The position numbers and the translations under genes were made by a program. A stretch of DNA of 64,000 nucleotides from Squalus acanthias (taxonomy: Eukaryota). Position 1 is the stretch's first letter; each line of letters begins with the position of its first letter. The stretch lies in NCBI GenBank assembly GCA_030390025.1, contig CM059432.1, positions 85,004,001-85,068,000 on the forward strand, read 5' to 3'. This document shows positions 25,187 to 37,563 of the stretch, piece by piece. The notes under the pieces were generated by a model. The model did not search any database. It was not told where the DNA came from and saw nothing but the letters and a program-made list of their open reading frames with translations.

Positions 25187-27567
25187 GAAGGACTCTCAGG
25201 GTCCTGCGGGAAAGGCCACCTTACCGGCTGCTCAGAAGCTGCCCAAGGCAGAGGCCATACAGGATTTGACCTGGCCGTCCAGAGACGGGCGGCGTATGTA
25301 CAGGGTTTTAGTGAATGTTAGGTGTTTTACAGTTTTGGTAGTTTTAGGATTTTTAAGGATTCTAGTTTTAAGGATTTTAGTGAGTAAGTTTAAAAGTTCT
25401 CAAGAATCGATCACCTGTCCAGCCAGAGAACCTTCTCGGGACATGGCTGTCTGTTTTGTGTGTCCCTACAGAGAGGAAATCGGCATGAGAAGGGTTCTGC
25501 TCCTGCTCGCCCTGGTAGGGGTGAGCATCGGTGACCGAGGTGACGTGGAGGACTCCCACATCTATGGATGCTCGGGAGAGAGAGGACCGGTCGTCACCAC
25601 AGGGGGTGGCGAACGGGGAGTGGAGGAGCTCGCCATCTACTTCCACGAGGGAAGGTGGCCAGGGTGGCTGGGGTCCAACTCTACTAAATACTCCAGCCAG
25701 ACCGGGTTCACGTACGGGGAGGCCTCCCTCCCATGCCCCAGAGTACAGGTCGTTGCCACGAGGGTCAGTGTCACCGAGGGGAAGCGTGTGTGCCTTACCT
25801 GTAAAGGACAAATTCCCCTGAATAGGTGGTGGTGGCTCAGGAAGCTGAGCAGGGACGCAGGGGACCATACAGCCGACTGGGAAAGATTAGGGAACGACAC
25901 CTACCGGACAATCACAGGGACCCAAGGGGGAGTGAGTGTGTGTTGGGATAAGTGGTGGGAGTCAGAACAGGGAGTCTATGTTTGTATGTGGAGGTCAGAG
26001 AAAGCCTGCTCCACAGGCATATCCATCATCTTCTCCAGACAATGGCAAGATGCCGGGGAGGGATGGGGTGGGATTCTAGCCTACATGTGTGCGTGCTCCC
26101 ACACTCCCCGACCCCAGTCAACGCCACCGAACTAGTAGCCTGCCCCCGAAAGCCCCTGCCCACGACCACGACTTCACGGACAGTAGAGGAGAGGTGTCCT
26201 ACCACCACCAAGGGACCAGAGAATGGACTAGTACTAGTACCGACCGAAAAGGTACTATACCAGGGGGTACACTATGCAGTAGCTTCAGTAATATTAAACC
26301 TTACCGAGGTACACTTACCTAAATGGTGTCCTAAGGAGACAGAACAGCTATACCAGGCCCTGCTAAAGGAAATGTTTAGAAAATTCTATGAATTCGACTT
26401 TGCCAACGTGGACAAAGCAGAGCTGTACAAACTACATGCAGAGCACACTATGGGCGCAGGGAGACAAAGAAGGGGGACCTGGAACGATATTTTCACAACA
26501 TATAATACAGGATCCTCAGTAATAAATAGCCTAGATGACATAGAGCTACAAACACAGATAAATGGTTTAAAAACCCAGTTGAGAAAGATCCTAACGGATG
26601 GGAACACAGTGGTAGGCTCAGAGCTACATGAGGACCAAGCTATGACGGTCCATCTAAAAGAGATTATGGCTGAGCTAGAGAGACACGCTAAAACAGTGAA
26701 TGCCCTCATACGGGAAGATAGGAATGCTTCAGATCAGGCTGCACAGAATGAGGTGTGTGTGCTATACGGGGCATGGTTGCTGGGCGAGGGCCGCAGCAAC
26801 CTGGAAGATTTAAAACAAGGTTTAGTCCCCTCCTGGATTAGCAACAAACACCTCTCAGCCCTCCACCCGTTCAGCAATTCACTGAGCCCATGTCAGCTCC
26901 GCCTAGCCTCTGAAGCCTACCCAGTCACATTAGATTGTGAACGTTCCAATCACTCTATCATGGGGATAGTAGTGAGGATGCCGGTCATGGGTGGGACAGC
27001 CCGACCCGCACCGGTATACAGGGTGGAGAACATTGGGATCATTCAAGGGGGTGCACACGTCCATTTCGCAGAGGTCCCACCTTATGTCATAAAGTGGGAG
27101 CACGCTATGACAGGTACTGACCTCTCCGGGTGCCGGAGCCAGGGTTCACACATAATACTGAGTCCCCAGCACTTGAACGCCTACTCTAGACCACAGTGCG
27201 GGTTTAAAGATGCTGGCGCACGACCTATCAACTGTACCATGGAGGTAATGGCACAAGGTCATGTTCCCCCACAGGTAGCATTCATAGGGGATGGGACATA
27301 TTGTGTCACCACAAGTGCGCCCCACTACCAGCATGGACAGCATTTCTGGTGTCCGGTGAGTGACAGCAGTTTCTGCTTTAAACCCAAGGCAGAAGTTCAA
27401 GTAGCCCAGGAACGGATTGTCCCCATTCCTGAACCCTCAACTGTTCACCTCACTGGAAGGGAAAACATTACCAACCTGCAAAACTATGTCACCTTCTTCG
27501 GCTATAAGATTCCTCCTCTACCCGAACACCTTACCGTCTTACTAAAAGCTGTACAGGTATCACAGAA

Positions 27568-30500
27568 ACATAGAAACATAGAAGATAGGAGCAGGAGTAG
27601 GCCATTCGGCCCCTCGAGCCTGCTCCACCATTCGATGAGATCATGGCTGATCATCCAAACTCAGTACCCTGTACCTGCCTTCTCCCCATATCCCTTGATA
27701 CCTTTAGCTTTAAGAAATATATCTAACTCATTCTTGAATATATTTAATGACTTGGCCTCAACTACCTTCTGTGGTAGAGAATTCCATAGGTTCACCACTC
27801 TCTCGGTGAAGAAATTCTTCCTCATTTCTGTCCTAAATGGCTTACCCCTTATCCTTAGATTATGACCCCTGGTTCTGGACACTCCGACCATCGGGAACAT
27901 TCTTCCTGTATCTAGTTTGTCCAGACCTGTCAGAATTTTATATGTTTCGATGAGATCCCCTCTCATTCTTCTATACTCCAGCGAGTATAAGCCCAATCGA
28001 CCCAATCTCTCTTCATATGTCATTCCTGCCATCCCAGGTATCAGCCTTGTGAATCTTCGCTGAACTCCTTCCATGGCAAGAACATCCTTCCTCAGATAAG
28101 GCGACCAAAACTGCACACAGTACTCAAGGTGTGGTCTCACCAAGGCCCTGTACAACTGCAGCAGGACATCCCTGTTCCTATACTCAAACCCTTTTGCTAT
28201 GAAGGCCAACATACCATTTGCCTTCTTCACCGCCTGCTGCACCTGCATGCTTACCTTCAGCGACTGGTGCACAACGACACCCAGGTCTTGTCGCACTTCC
28301 CCTTCTCCCATATCAGATAATAGTCTGCCTTTCTGTTTTTGACACCAAAGTGAATAACCTCACATTTATCCACGTTATATTGCATCTGCCACGCTTCTGC
28401 CCAATCACCCAACCTGTCCAAATCATCCTGGAGTTTCTCGGTATCCTTCTCGCAGCACACACGCCCACCCAGCTTTGTGTCATCTGCAAACTTGGAGATA
28501 TTACATTTAGTTCCCTTATCTAGATCATAAATGTATATTGTGAATAGCTGGGGTCCAAGGACCGATCCCTGCGGTACCCCACTACTCACTGCCTGCCACT
28601 CGGAAAAAGACCCATTAATTCCTACACTCTGCTTTCTGTCCGCCAACCAGTTCTCTATCCAAGTCAATACCTTGCCCCCAATCCCATGTGCCTTAACTTT
28701 ACACGCTAATCTCTTATGCGGAGCCTAATCGAAAGCCTTTTGAAAGTTCAAATACACCACATCTACTGGTTCTCCCTTATCTATTTTCCCAGTTACATCC
28801 TCAAAAAATTCCAGTGGATTAGTCAAGCACGATTTACCTTTTGTAAATCCATGTTGACTTTGTCCAATCCTGTCACTGTTTTTCAAGTGCTCAGCTATTA
28901 CATCCTTTATAATGGACTCTAGCATTTTCCCCACTACCAATGTCAGGCTTACCGGTCTGTAATTCCCCGCTTTCTCTCTACCACCCTTTTTGAATAGTGG
29001 GGTAACATTAGCTACCCTCCAATCCATGGGTACAGTTCCGGATTCCATCGAATGTTGGAAGATGATCAGCAATGCATCTACTATTTCTAGGGCCACTTTC
29101 TTACGTACCCTAGGATGTAGATTATCAGGCCCTGGGGATTTATCGGCCTTCAATCCCGTCAATTTCCCGAACACCATTTCCCTGCAAATACTGATTTCTT
29201 TCAGTTCCTCCCTTTCATCAGACCGTATGTTCTCCAACATCTCTGGGAGGTTATTTGTGTCCTCCTTTGTGAAGACAGAACCAAAATATGCATTTAATTG
29301 GTCTGCCATTTCTTTGGTCCCCTAAATAACTTACACCGCTTCTGACTGCAAGGGACCTACACTTGATTTCACTAATCTTTTTCTCTTCACATATCTATAA
29401 AAGCTCTTACAGTCAGTTTTTATGTTCCCTGCAAGCTTACTTTCATATTCTATTTTCCCCTTCTTAATTAATCCCTTTGTCCTCCTATGTTGAATCCTAA
29501 ACTGCTCCCAATCCTCAGGGTTACCGTTTTTTCTGGCCAATTTATATGCCCTCTCCTTGGATCTTATGCTATCCCTAATTTCCCTTGTTAGCCACGGTTG
29601 AGTCACCCTTTTTGTTTTATTCTTATGCCAAACTGGGATGAACAAATTCTGTAGTTCATCCATGCAGTCTTTGAATGTTTGCCATTGCCTATCCACCATC
29701 AACCCTTTGAGTGACATTCCCCAATCAATCCTACCCAATTCGCGCCTCATACCATCGTAGTTTCCTTTATTTAAATTCAGGACCCTAGTCTCTGATTCAA
29801 CTACTGCACTCTCCATCCTAATGAAGAATTCTATCATATTATGATCACTCTGACCCAAGGGGCCTCGTACAACAAGATTGCTAATTAATCCTTTCTCATT
29901 ACATAATACCCAGTCTAAGATGGTCTGATCTCTGGTTGGTTCCTCAAGATATTGTTCCAGAAAACCATCCCGTAAACATTCTAGGAATTCCTCCTCCACA
30001 GTATTTTTACTAATTTGGTTCGCCCAATCTATATGTAAATTAAAGTCACCCATGATGACTGCTGTGCCCTTACTGCATGCTTCTCTAATTTCCCTTTTAA
30101 TGCCGTCCCCAACCTCTGTATTACTGTTTGGAGGTCTATATACCACTCCCACTAACATTTTCTGCCCCTTGTTATTTCTCAGTTCTACCCATACAGATTC
30201 TGCATCATCAGAGCTAATATCCTTCCTTTCAATTGTGTTAATCCCCTCTTTAACCAGCAATGCTACTCCACCTCCTTTCTTTTTTGCCTATCTTTCCTAA
30301 AAATTGAATACCCCTGGATGTTGAGTTCCCAGCCTTGGCCACCCTGGAGCCATGTTTCTGTAATCCCAATCAAATCGTATTCATTTACCTCTATTTGCGC
30401 AGTTAATTCATCCACCTTGTTCCGAATGCTCATTGCATTAAGACACAAAGGGGGAAAAATTCAGTATCGCCCCGTTTGGGGCGCAATTATCGGCTGGGCG

Positions 30501-32164
30501 CAAAGATTAGCACCTGGCGCTAATTATCGCCTCCAACTGCAAACTTGACTTTTATCGCCCCTGGAGGTGATTGGAGCGCTAAATCAGGCGCTATACACAT
30601 GTCTTAAGGCGCAAAGGCCGAGGAGCGAGGCGGTAACTCACAGCGCTGGCAAAGCTCATGTGATGTCAGTCAGCAATGGAACAGAGACACAATGGCCCCA
30701 GCCAGTTCTTAAAGGGGAGGGTTAATCTTGCTTTCCATCCACATCCTGCTCATTGCAGCCTTGAATCTCGGCCTGGAGAGACCTGTACATCAAATCTGCT
30801 GGAAATAACAATGGAGAGGCCCAGGGAAAGAGCTCAGAGTGCAGCCCCAACAATCTCTTCTAAATCGATACAAGGAAGGGCAAATCAAAATGAACCTGCA
30901 AAGTGCTGCTCAGTACCCAAAACTCCTTCACACAGCGTTGAATCTCTCCAGAAGTCTCTCTCTCTCTCTCTCAGAATGCGTGGTTCAAAAATGTCGCCAA
31001 CAAAAAAAGGCAGGAAGCGGTCGCCTTTAAATAGCGCTCCCCCAGTCCCTTCCTGACTGCAATACGCTCCCCTCAACCTGTCGTTGCTAGCGGCAGGCGG
31101 TAAGGTAGGGGGTGCCACTCAATATCCGTTCAGGGGCGCTACTGGGGCGTTGCGCACTCGACTGACGTCACGATCTGCCAGCGCAGGAGATCGTGGCGGT
31201 ACTGTTTAGCGCCGCTGCAAAATGTCTAGTTAATTTCGCGAGCAACGCAAATATCGCCGCGCCCGGGCGCTAGTTGCTTTGCGCCCCATTAGCGCCCTCT
31301 TAAGGCGCTAACGGGAGGCGCAACCAATTGAATTTTCCCCCCAAAGCCTTCAGGCTTGTTTTTTTAATGCTCTCAGACCTATATGAATTATTATTTACTG
31401 TGACCATGTTTGATTTAAACCGTTGAGTTCTTTGCCTTCTACTTTTGTTTTTCTCCTTCCTGTCTTTTGCTTTTATCCTTGTTTCACTTTCCTCTTTCTC
31501 CCTGCTCAGGTTCCCAACCCCCTGCCACTTTAGTTTAAACCCTCCCCAACAGCACTAGCAAACACTCCCCCTAGGACCTCGGTCCCGGCCCTGCCTAGGT
31601 GCAGACCGTCCCGTTTGTACTGGTCCCACCTCCCCCAGAACTGGTTCCAATGTCCAAGGAATTTGAATCCCTTCCCCCTTGCACCATTCCTCTAGCCACG
31701 TATTCATTTGAAATATCCTCCTATTTCTACTCTGACTAGCACGTGGCACTGGTAGCAATCCTGAGATTACTACCTTTGAGGTCCTATTTTTTAATTTACC
31801 TCCTAACTCCCTATATTCTGCTTTTAGGACCTCATCCCGTTTTTTACCTATATCGTTGATGCCTATGTGCACCACGACAACTGGCTGTTCGCCCTCCCCC
31901 TCCAAAATGTTCTGTAGCCGCTCCGAGACATTCTTGACCTTTGCACCAGGGAGGCAACACACCATCCTGGAGTCTCGTTTGCGGCCGCAGAAACGCCTAT
32001 CTACTCCCCTTACAATTGAGTCCCCTATCACTATAGCTCTTCCACACTTTCTCCTCCCAGCCTGTGCAGCAGAGCCACCCATGGTGCCAGGAAGTTGGCT
32101 GCTGCTGCCTTCCCCTGATAAGTCATCTCCCCCAACAGTATCCAAAGTGGTATATCTGTTTGAG
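27568..32164 (-). mobile_element. Near full-length CR1 LINE (partial SGNH-esterase ORF1 plus APE-RT ORF2) inserted in env
   Basis: IVIGDSIVRG; ITETWL, VYRPP, MGDFN, SDHN; KFADDTK; AGAAACAT tail; AGAA TSD (27564-27567, 32165-32168). Confidence 0.95.
30450..31342. mobile_element. Harbinger-type MITE (893 bp) inside the CR1
   Basis: TIR GGGGGAAAAATTCA; AAA TSD; close inverted copy at 51793-52682. Confidence 0.9.
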
Positions 32165-32716
32165 AGAAGCATTTCTACACCCTAGAACAAAAGACACTCG
32201 AGATAGGGGCTGAGATTTCGGCCATCACGGTTCCACCCTGGTGGGACATTTTTGAAAACATAGAGGTTCCTTCTTGGATTAGGATGGCCTCCCACATCTT
32301 AGTGGTTTGCCAGCTCGGGATAGTCTTGTACTTACTGTGTACAAAATGCAAGGGGAAGGACAGAATGCTCCATTCCCGGCATGAGAAAGCCTGGGAAAAA
32401 CATTACAATAAAGTTTACCAAGTATAAAAGAAGCCTGAATCGATTCTAAAAATAAAGAAGTTTTGTGACCGTGTGTTATTTTCTTTCTATGTATGTATTT
32501 TGGTTTTTTTTCAAGTAGTGTAGGGGTGTTGGACCCCCTCCATGCTTGGATGTGTATCTTTTATGGATTCTTACCTGTATGTATTGGAACACTACACCAA
32601 AAAAAGGGAATGTATGTTTTTGGGTTTTAGTTTAGGTAATACAGGGGAAGGTTGGTTTTTCAAGGATCAGGAATTTTGTCCACCCAGAACGATACTGTAG
32701 TGAATTAAAGTATCGC

Positions 32717-32725
32717 AGGAGGGAC
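32717..32725 (+). promoter_or_regulatory. Short polypurine tract
   Basis: AGGAGGGAC directly before the 3' LTR. Confidence 0.6.
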
Positions 32726-34434
32726 TGTAAGGTTTCCAAAATTTGCAGATCCCCAAAACCTAAGGAAAAAGGACTTTGGAACTACCTCAGAGTGATAAAA
32801 ATGCATTTGGGCCTAACCTAAGGAATATAAGACCAAAACCCGTGTTTTGGCATTTTAAAAAACATGTCTGGGCCTGTGAAGGGAGAAAAGGCTGTGAAGG
32901 AAGTTGGGTTGACCTCTGTAAAAGGAGTTTTGGGTATTGCAGTTAATTGCATTGTCTGGGGAACCGGGGTGACCTCACTCAAAGCCCCAGGAAGCATTAA
33001 CATTTTGACAATAGACCCTAGGAGAAGACAGTCCCACCCAAAACAATAGGTCCCATCAAACCGATTACAGGGCCCATCAAGAAACAAGCATAATACAGAG
33101 CACCCAGGACTAGGCTATAGATCAGCCTAGGAACCCAAAACACAAAACCAATCACCAGCAATCAGTCAAGGAGATCGACAGGATGCAAACCATCCCAAAA
33201 CCCATTTGACACTTACAGAGCAGTTACTGGTAGCAGGCCCGCCAAATTCAGACAATGAACTGAACAGATTTGGTGGGTAGATAAGGCCATATTCAATGGG
33301 TCAGATTGAAGGCCTGTTAAAACCCAGTTAACATGCGAGTAAATCGTTATCGATTTACGAGCCCGCCAAAACTAGACAATGAACTGAACAGATTTGGCGG
33401 GTAGATAAGGCCACTTTAATTCTGTATAATTGAAGGCCCACCAAGCACACACCAAGCAAACTAGAAGAGAGAGAAACACTACAGTTCAGCGTTCGCTGGG
33501 TCGAGCAGTCAGTCGCAACCGGTGGTCATCAGAAGGAGGAGAGACCAAGAAGAAGAAGGCCCGAGCTGGAAGCGAGTCGGCATCGCTCACCACTCGGACA
33601 CACCTGAGTCCAGCTCACGAAGACACCACCTCGACGGACCCCCAACAACGGCCCCAACACAGTCACCCGGAGCAACAAGCAGCAACAAGTCACCGACGGC
33701 TCCACGAGGTCGACCGACACACCAAACAAGGCCTAAAGCCATCGCGGAAACCAAAGGCCTCACGAAACCAACAACCGCGCATTACCCCCAACTGACCGGG
33801 TAATAGCAGGCCACTGCAACCAACAAAGACCAACTCCAGGGAAGAAAACCCGAAGAATCACAAAGTTTCCACACTACAAACTACTCCTGACTTACCCCTG
33901 GGTAAGATTTTCGCCCAAAGACTCTAAGCCCTACTGCTCAACTAAAGAAATTGGGTACTCACCAGATAAATCCATAATGACATCCTACCGCATCAGCGGA
34001 CTCGCGAAGACTGACCAGAGACCCAGGTGAAGTCCTCTACCGTGTACGGGGTACGGCAGACACTAACCGCCATAAACAGCGAACCCCAAAACCGCGATTT
34101 AGCCCAACTGTCAAAGGATTGGTGAGCATTATCCCTGGTCCTTCAAAGCCTAACTTAGCTAGTAAAGTGGGGTTGGGAGGGGTGAAGTATTGTTCCACTG
34201 TCATTTCCCTCGCTTGTACCGAAGTGTTCCCCACCTTGAGAGTGATAAGACTGTTATTGTTTTTGACTTACCTTTTAATAAAGATTGAAGTTCTTTCATC
34301 AAACTCAGTTGTCTGCTGCACCTTTTGTATCACAACCCCCAAATAAGTCCAAGGTCTAGAACCAAGGGAGTGGGAGCGATTCGAACCGCTCAGAAGTCAG
34401 AGGTAAAGCTGACACAAAAACAGCACCCCCTACA
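32726..34434 (+). repeat. 3' LTR (1709 bp)
   Basis: Direct repeat of the 5' LTR; about 12 differences in the first ~370 bp by eye. Confidence 0.97.
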
Positions 34435-37400
34435 ATGGCTACGGCCATGGAGGAACTAAGTCGCCAGAGTGCAGAAAACATGGTCATTGTTTAGAATAGA
34501 CTGGCATCTCTTGAGGAGCGATGGTCAGCTATTGAGCATAGAAACCAGACCTTCATGGAAGTCCTCTGGAGTAGGACTTCCAGTGCAGAAACGGGTCCTC
34601 ATGGTCCCCCTGCAGTGCAGCAAGGTGCTGCCCAGCCACTTGCTAGCTCTGAAGTGGGACTGACCCATGAGAGGGATGTTGGTGGCATACAACAAGGAAG
34701 TGGGGGCTCCTCTCCAAGCACTCACATGACCATTCCACTGCAGAGCTCTCGGTCAGAGCCCCACCAGAGTCCCCACTCAACTGAGATCGGCGTCTCAACC
34801 ACTGCACAGCCGCAGGAGCAGCAGACTGTTGCCAAGCCCTCACAGGTTCACAACCCCAGAGGACGCCAGCCAAAGGTGTCGAGACAGGAGCAGCAAGAAA
34901 GTGAGCAAGGGGCTTCCACATCTGCTGAAGCCACAGGGGAAGCACCACGTAGGAGCACGCGTAAGAGGAAGATAATGCACAAGTAGTCATAAGGGTTGTC
35001 GCTTGGGTGTAATGTTGTGTTTAATTTTGAAAAGCCCTCAGTTGCTTATTGTCATAAAAAATTCTGATGGCAAACTGTTGCAGTTGTGGCGTGTGTCATT
35101 TCGCTAATGGGACTTCCACATTGAGGGCTTAGGGTGACTTGCAATTGTCAGTATGGTGGTCAGAGTGAGAGGAATCCGTAGATTTTTGTCCATTGTTGAT
35201 GCACTGGTAAGTAGGTGCGAGGCTAAACTGTTTGATTGTGCAGGCTAAGCAAATGTGACCAACATGAGTGCATCCCTTGCATCCCGGGCAGCAATATGCT
35301 GGCGCTCTGGCACCTTCTGGCCTGTGCATCTTCAGGTGGGTGACTAGCAGCTTGGCGCTCTTATTGATGTTCCTGCTGTTGGTGCTGCTGTTGCTCATGG
35401 TTCTGCTGCTGCGCAGCTGGTCTTCATCCGAATCTGATGTCGAGGAGGAAAGGAATTAAATGGTCGCCATGCTTCTGGTATATGCCTCAGTTGAGGAAGC
35501 GCTTAGTCAAGGTGGGGAGAAGGGATTCCAAGGAGGTCACACCGGAGATGGGTGTCAGGCTCCAAACTTCCACAACACTGAGTATGCCTGCTAAATGTTC
35601 CCCCAGACCTGAAGCAACAAAGTTCTGCCACCTGCAAATGATCATCGGTGAAAACTCCTTTGTAATGGTGGAGCTGCAACTGTTCGCAAGCAATCCACTA
35701 GTGAGGCCGCCAGGATTACCTGGCGTGTTCCAGAGGAGGCATGTAGGATGGGGGAAATGTGTTAAAATGGGAAAGGCCTCTCAAAATGGGATTATAGAGG
35801 CAATTAAGTGGTTGTTAAGGACCTTAAGGGCCTATCCCGGCTCTTGGAGGCGGGATGGAAAGCGGGTCAGAAAACACGCACTTGGGAAAATTGCTCGGAG
35901 GCGGGATGGAGGCGGGAACGGGCCCGTCTGCCAGTTTTGCCGATTTTAACAATTCGCACGCCTCCAAACCCGCCTCCTCGGGGCTGGGAAAATCGAGCCC
36001 AATGAGTTTAATATAGTGGGATTTAAATTGTTCTAAAAACTGTATTAATGCAATACGAGCATTGTAGTAAGGAAAAAGAGTTACAAACAAGTAGATTTAA
36101 CGTAGAAAGTATGGACTTCCAAGCCAGTTCCAGTGGTGAACCGAGCAAGGGACATTGCTTAAAGGACGAGCACTTCAGTGAACTCCCCAAAATGTCTGTC
36201 AGTACGAGGTACTTTTGAAGAAATATAACAAGAGACCTTGGGCCAGGAGGTTTAAGAAGATATTGAACATATTTACAGGACTTGCTACAACTCAATGCAG
36301 CATGACGTATCACCTACTAGAGCCTGGGCGAGGAATAGTATATAGGGACTATGTACCACGACGGTGCTGTGATCTCAAAACTGTCAGCACCTAGACCCAA
36401 GATGTTGCAGCTCTGAAGTAATGTCTAGACAGCACTCTCAGTGGAAGTGAAAGTGACCACTGCATTAATTATCTGTGCTACTGACTACTTTCAAGCACCA
36501 ACAAGGGACATCACTTGGATCAGCCAGTAACTAATTTTGGTGCAATTACCAAAGCAAGTGGCATATTTGGCTGTATACCTAGATTAATAAAAATATGTCT
36601 AATCAAATTATACTGAAACAATAAAGTATTGGTAAAACTACAATTGAAATATTAAATCTTTATCACTATACTTTTGAAAATATAGTAGCAGTAGAAAGGA
36701 ATGAAAGAAGGAAAATAAAGATAATTTTATGTTTTGGATCACTGAACACTTAAATCATTCGCATTGGAGAAAAAAGTTAAAGAGGGAGCACAAAGTCAGA
36801 GAATTACCCTATTGCTAACTCACAGTGCCACAGTCCCCACTTTATTAATTACCTTTGTAGTTTTCAGGAAAAAAACAATAAAAGGATATGAAAGGTGATT
36901 CCGTAATCCCACACTACCAGTGTAAAGCCACACTTACAGCAAACGTAGATCTGAGATTCAAAGCTACACGTTGTAAGAAATCGTGAATTGGAAGAAATTG
37001 TGAATTATAAGAAATAATGGCTTTATAAAACAAATAAGCTCAATTGAGCTGAGCAGCCAGGATAAGCTGCTGATACAGAAAAATTCCAATCACGCCAGAT
37101 AGGGAGTTGTACAAAGAGCTGAGGTTGTTGCAAGGTCATAACATACAGGTGCATATTCCCCCGTAAATGGACAATTGAATGTGTAAAAGTGATTATAACA
37201 AGTGATTGACGTGAGGTATCTACCAGCCCCGAAAGTAAGGTATATAAACGGGCAGCCAAGAGGGAAAGGCGGGCAGAAAGGGGGGCTAGCTTCCCTGGGG
37301 TGGATGCATGCTAGCTTCGACTTAACACCCTGGTCAAGTTTAACCTCTGAGGTGGATTCCATGCTAGCTTCGGCTTAACACCTCCGCCAGCTCGGGAGAC

Positions 37401-37563
37401 GACCAAAGAGGAAGAGACCGCTGCCGCAGGCTGCAAGGATCCGGGACTACCATTCTACCTCAACCTCCGTCCGTCCGTCCGCTCCGGGGCCGGTAAACCC
37501 TTCTCATCTGTTACAGGTTGTATGTCTACTATTGCATGCTGTACTTAACTTAAACTGCTGCTA

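Larger units (their letters stand above)
25485..32427 (+). pseudogene. env: Env-like glycoprotein, about 780 aa reconstructed (25485-27567 plus 32169-32427)
   Basis: Splice acceptor ending 25471; signal peptide MRRVLLLLALVGVSIG; Ig-like domain; furin site RQRR at 26462-26473; heptads; Cys-rich region; TM ILVVCQLGIVLYLLC; stop at 32425-32427. Confidence 0.85.
17550..34434 (+). mobile_element. Full-length endogenous retrovirus-like provirus (lokiretrovirus-like): LTR-gag-pol-env-LTR
   Basis: Paired TG...CA LTRs; ATGG TSD (17546-17549, 34435-34438); PBS; PPT; gag, pol and env remnants. The family label is inferred from architecture. Confidence 0.92.
16153..34986 (+). pseudogene. Harbinger Myb/SANT-like gene: exons 16153-16392, 16715-16874, 17031-17549 plus 34439-34986
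   Basis: APHFDEPSLQALVEG...WLQVAQEVSSISLSRRTWLQCRKRFHNL; canonical splice sites; frame ERM|ATAMEEL restored on removing the provirus; one TAG near 34492. Confidence 0.88.
15873..36000. mobile_element. PIF/Harbinger element with Myb gene retained and transposase mostly deleted, split by the provirus
   Basis: TIRs AGGCTGGATTTT / AAAATCGAGCCC; AAT TSD (15870-15872, 36001-36003); transposase remnants on - at about 35250-35470. Confidence 0.85.

Noticed and set aside
25266..25484. Hydrophobic N-terminal extension of the env ORF
   Set aside because: Non-ATG start in T-rich sequence upstream of the splice acceptor; the ATG at 25485 gives a clean signal peptide
27568..27865. C-terminus of the 637-aa env ORF (HRNIEDRSRSRPFG...)
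   Set aside because: Read-through into the antisense CR1 tail; the true C-terminus is at 32169-32427
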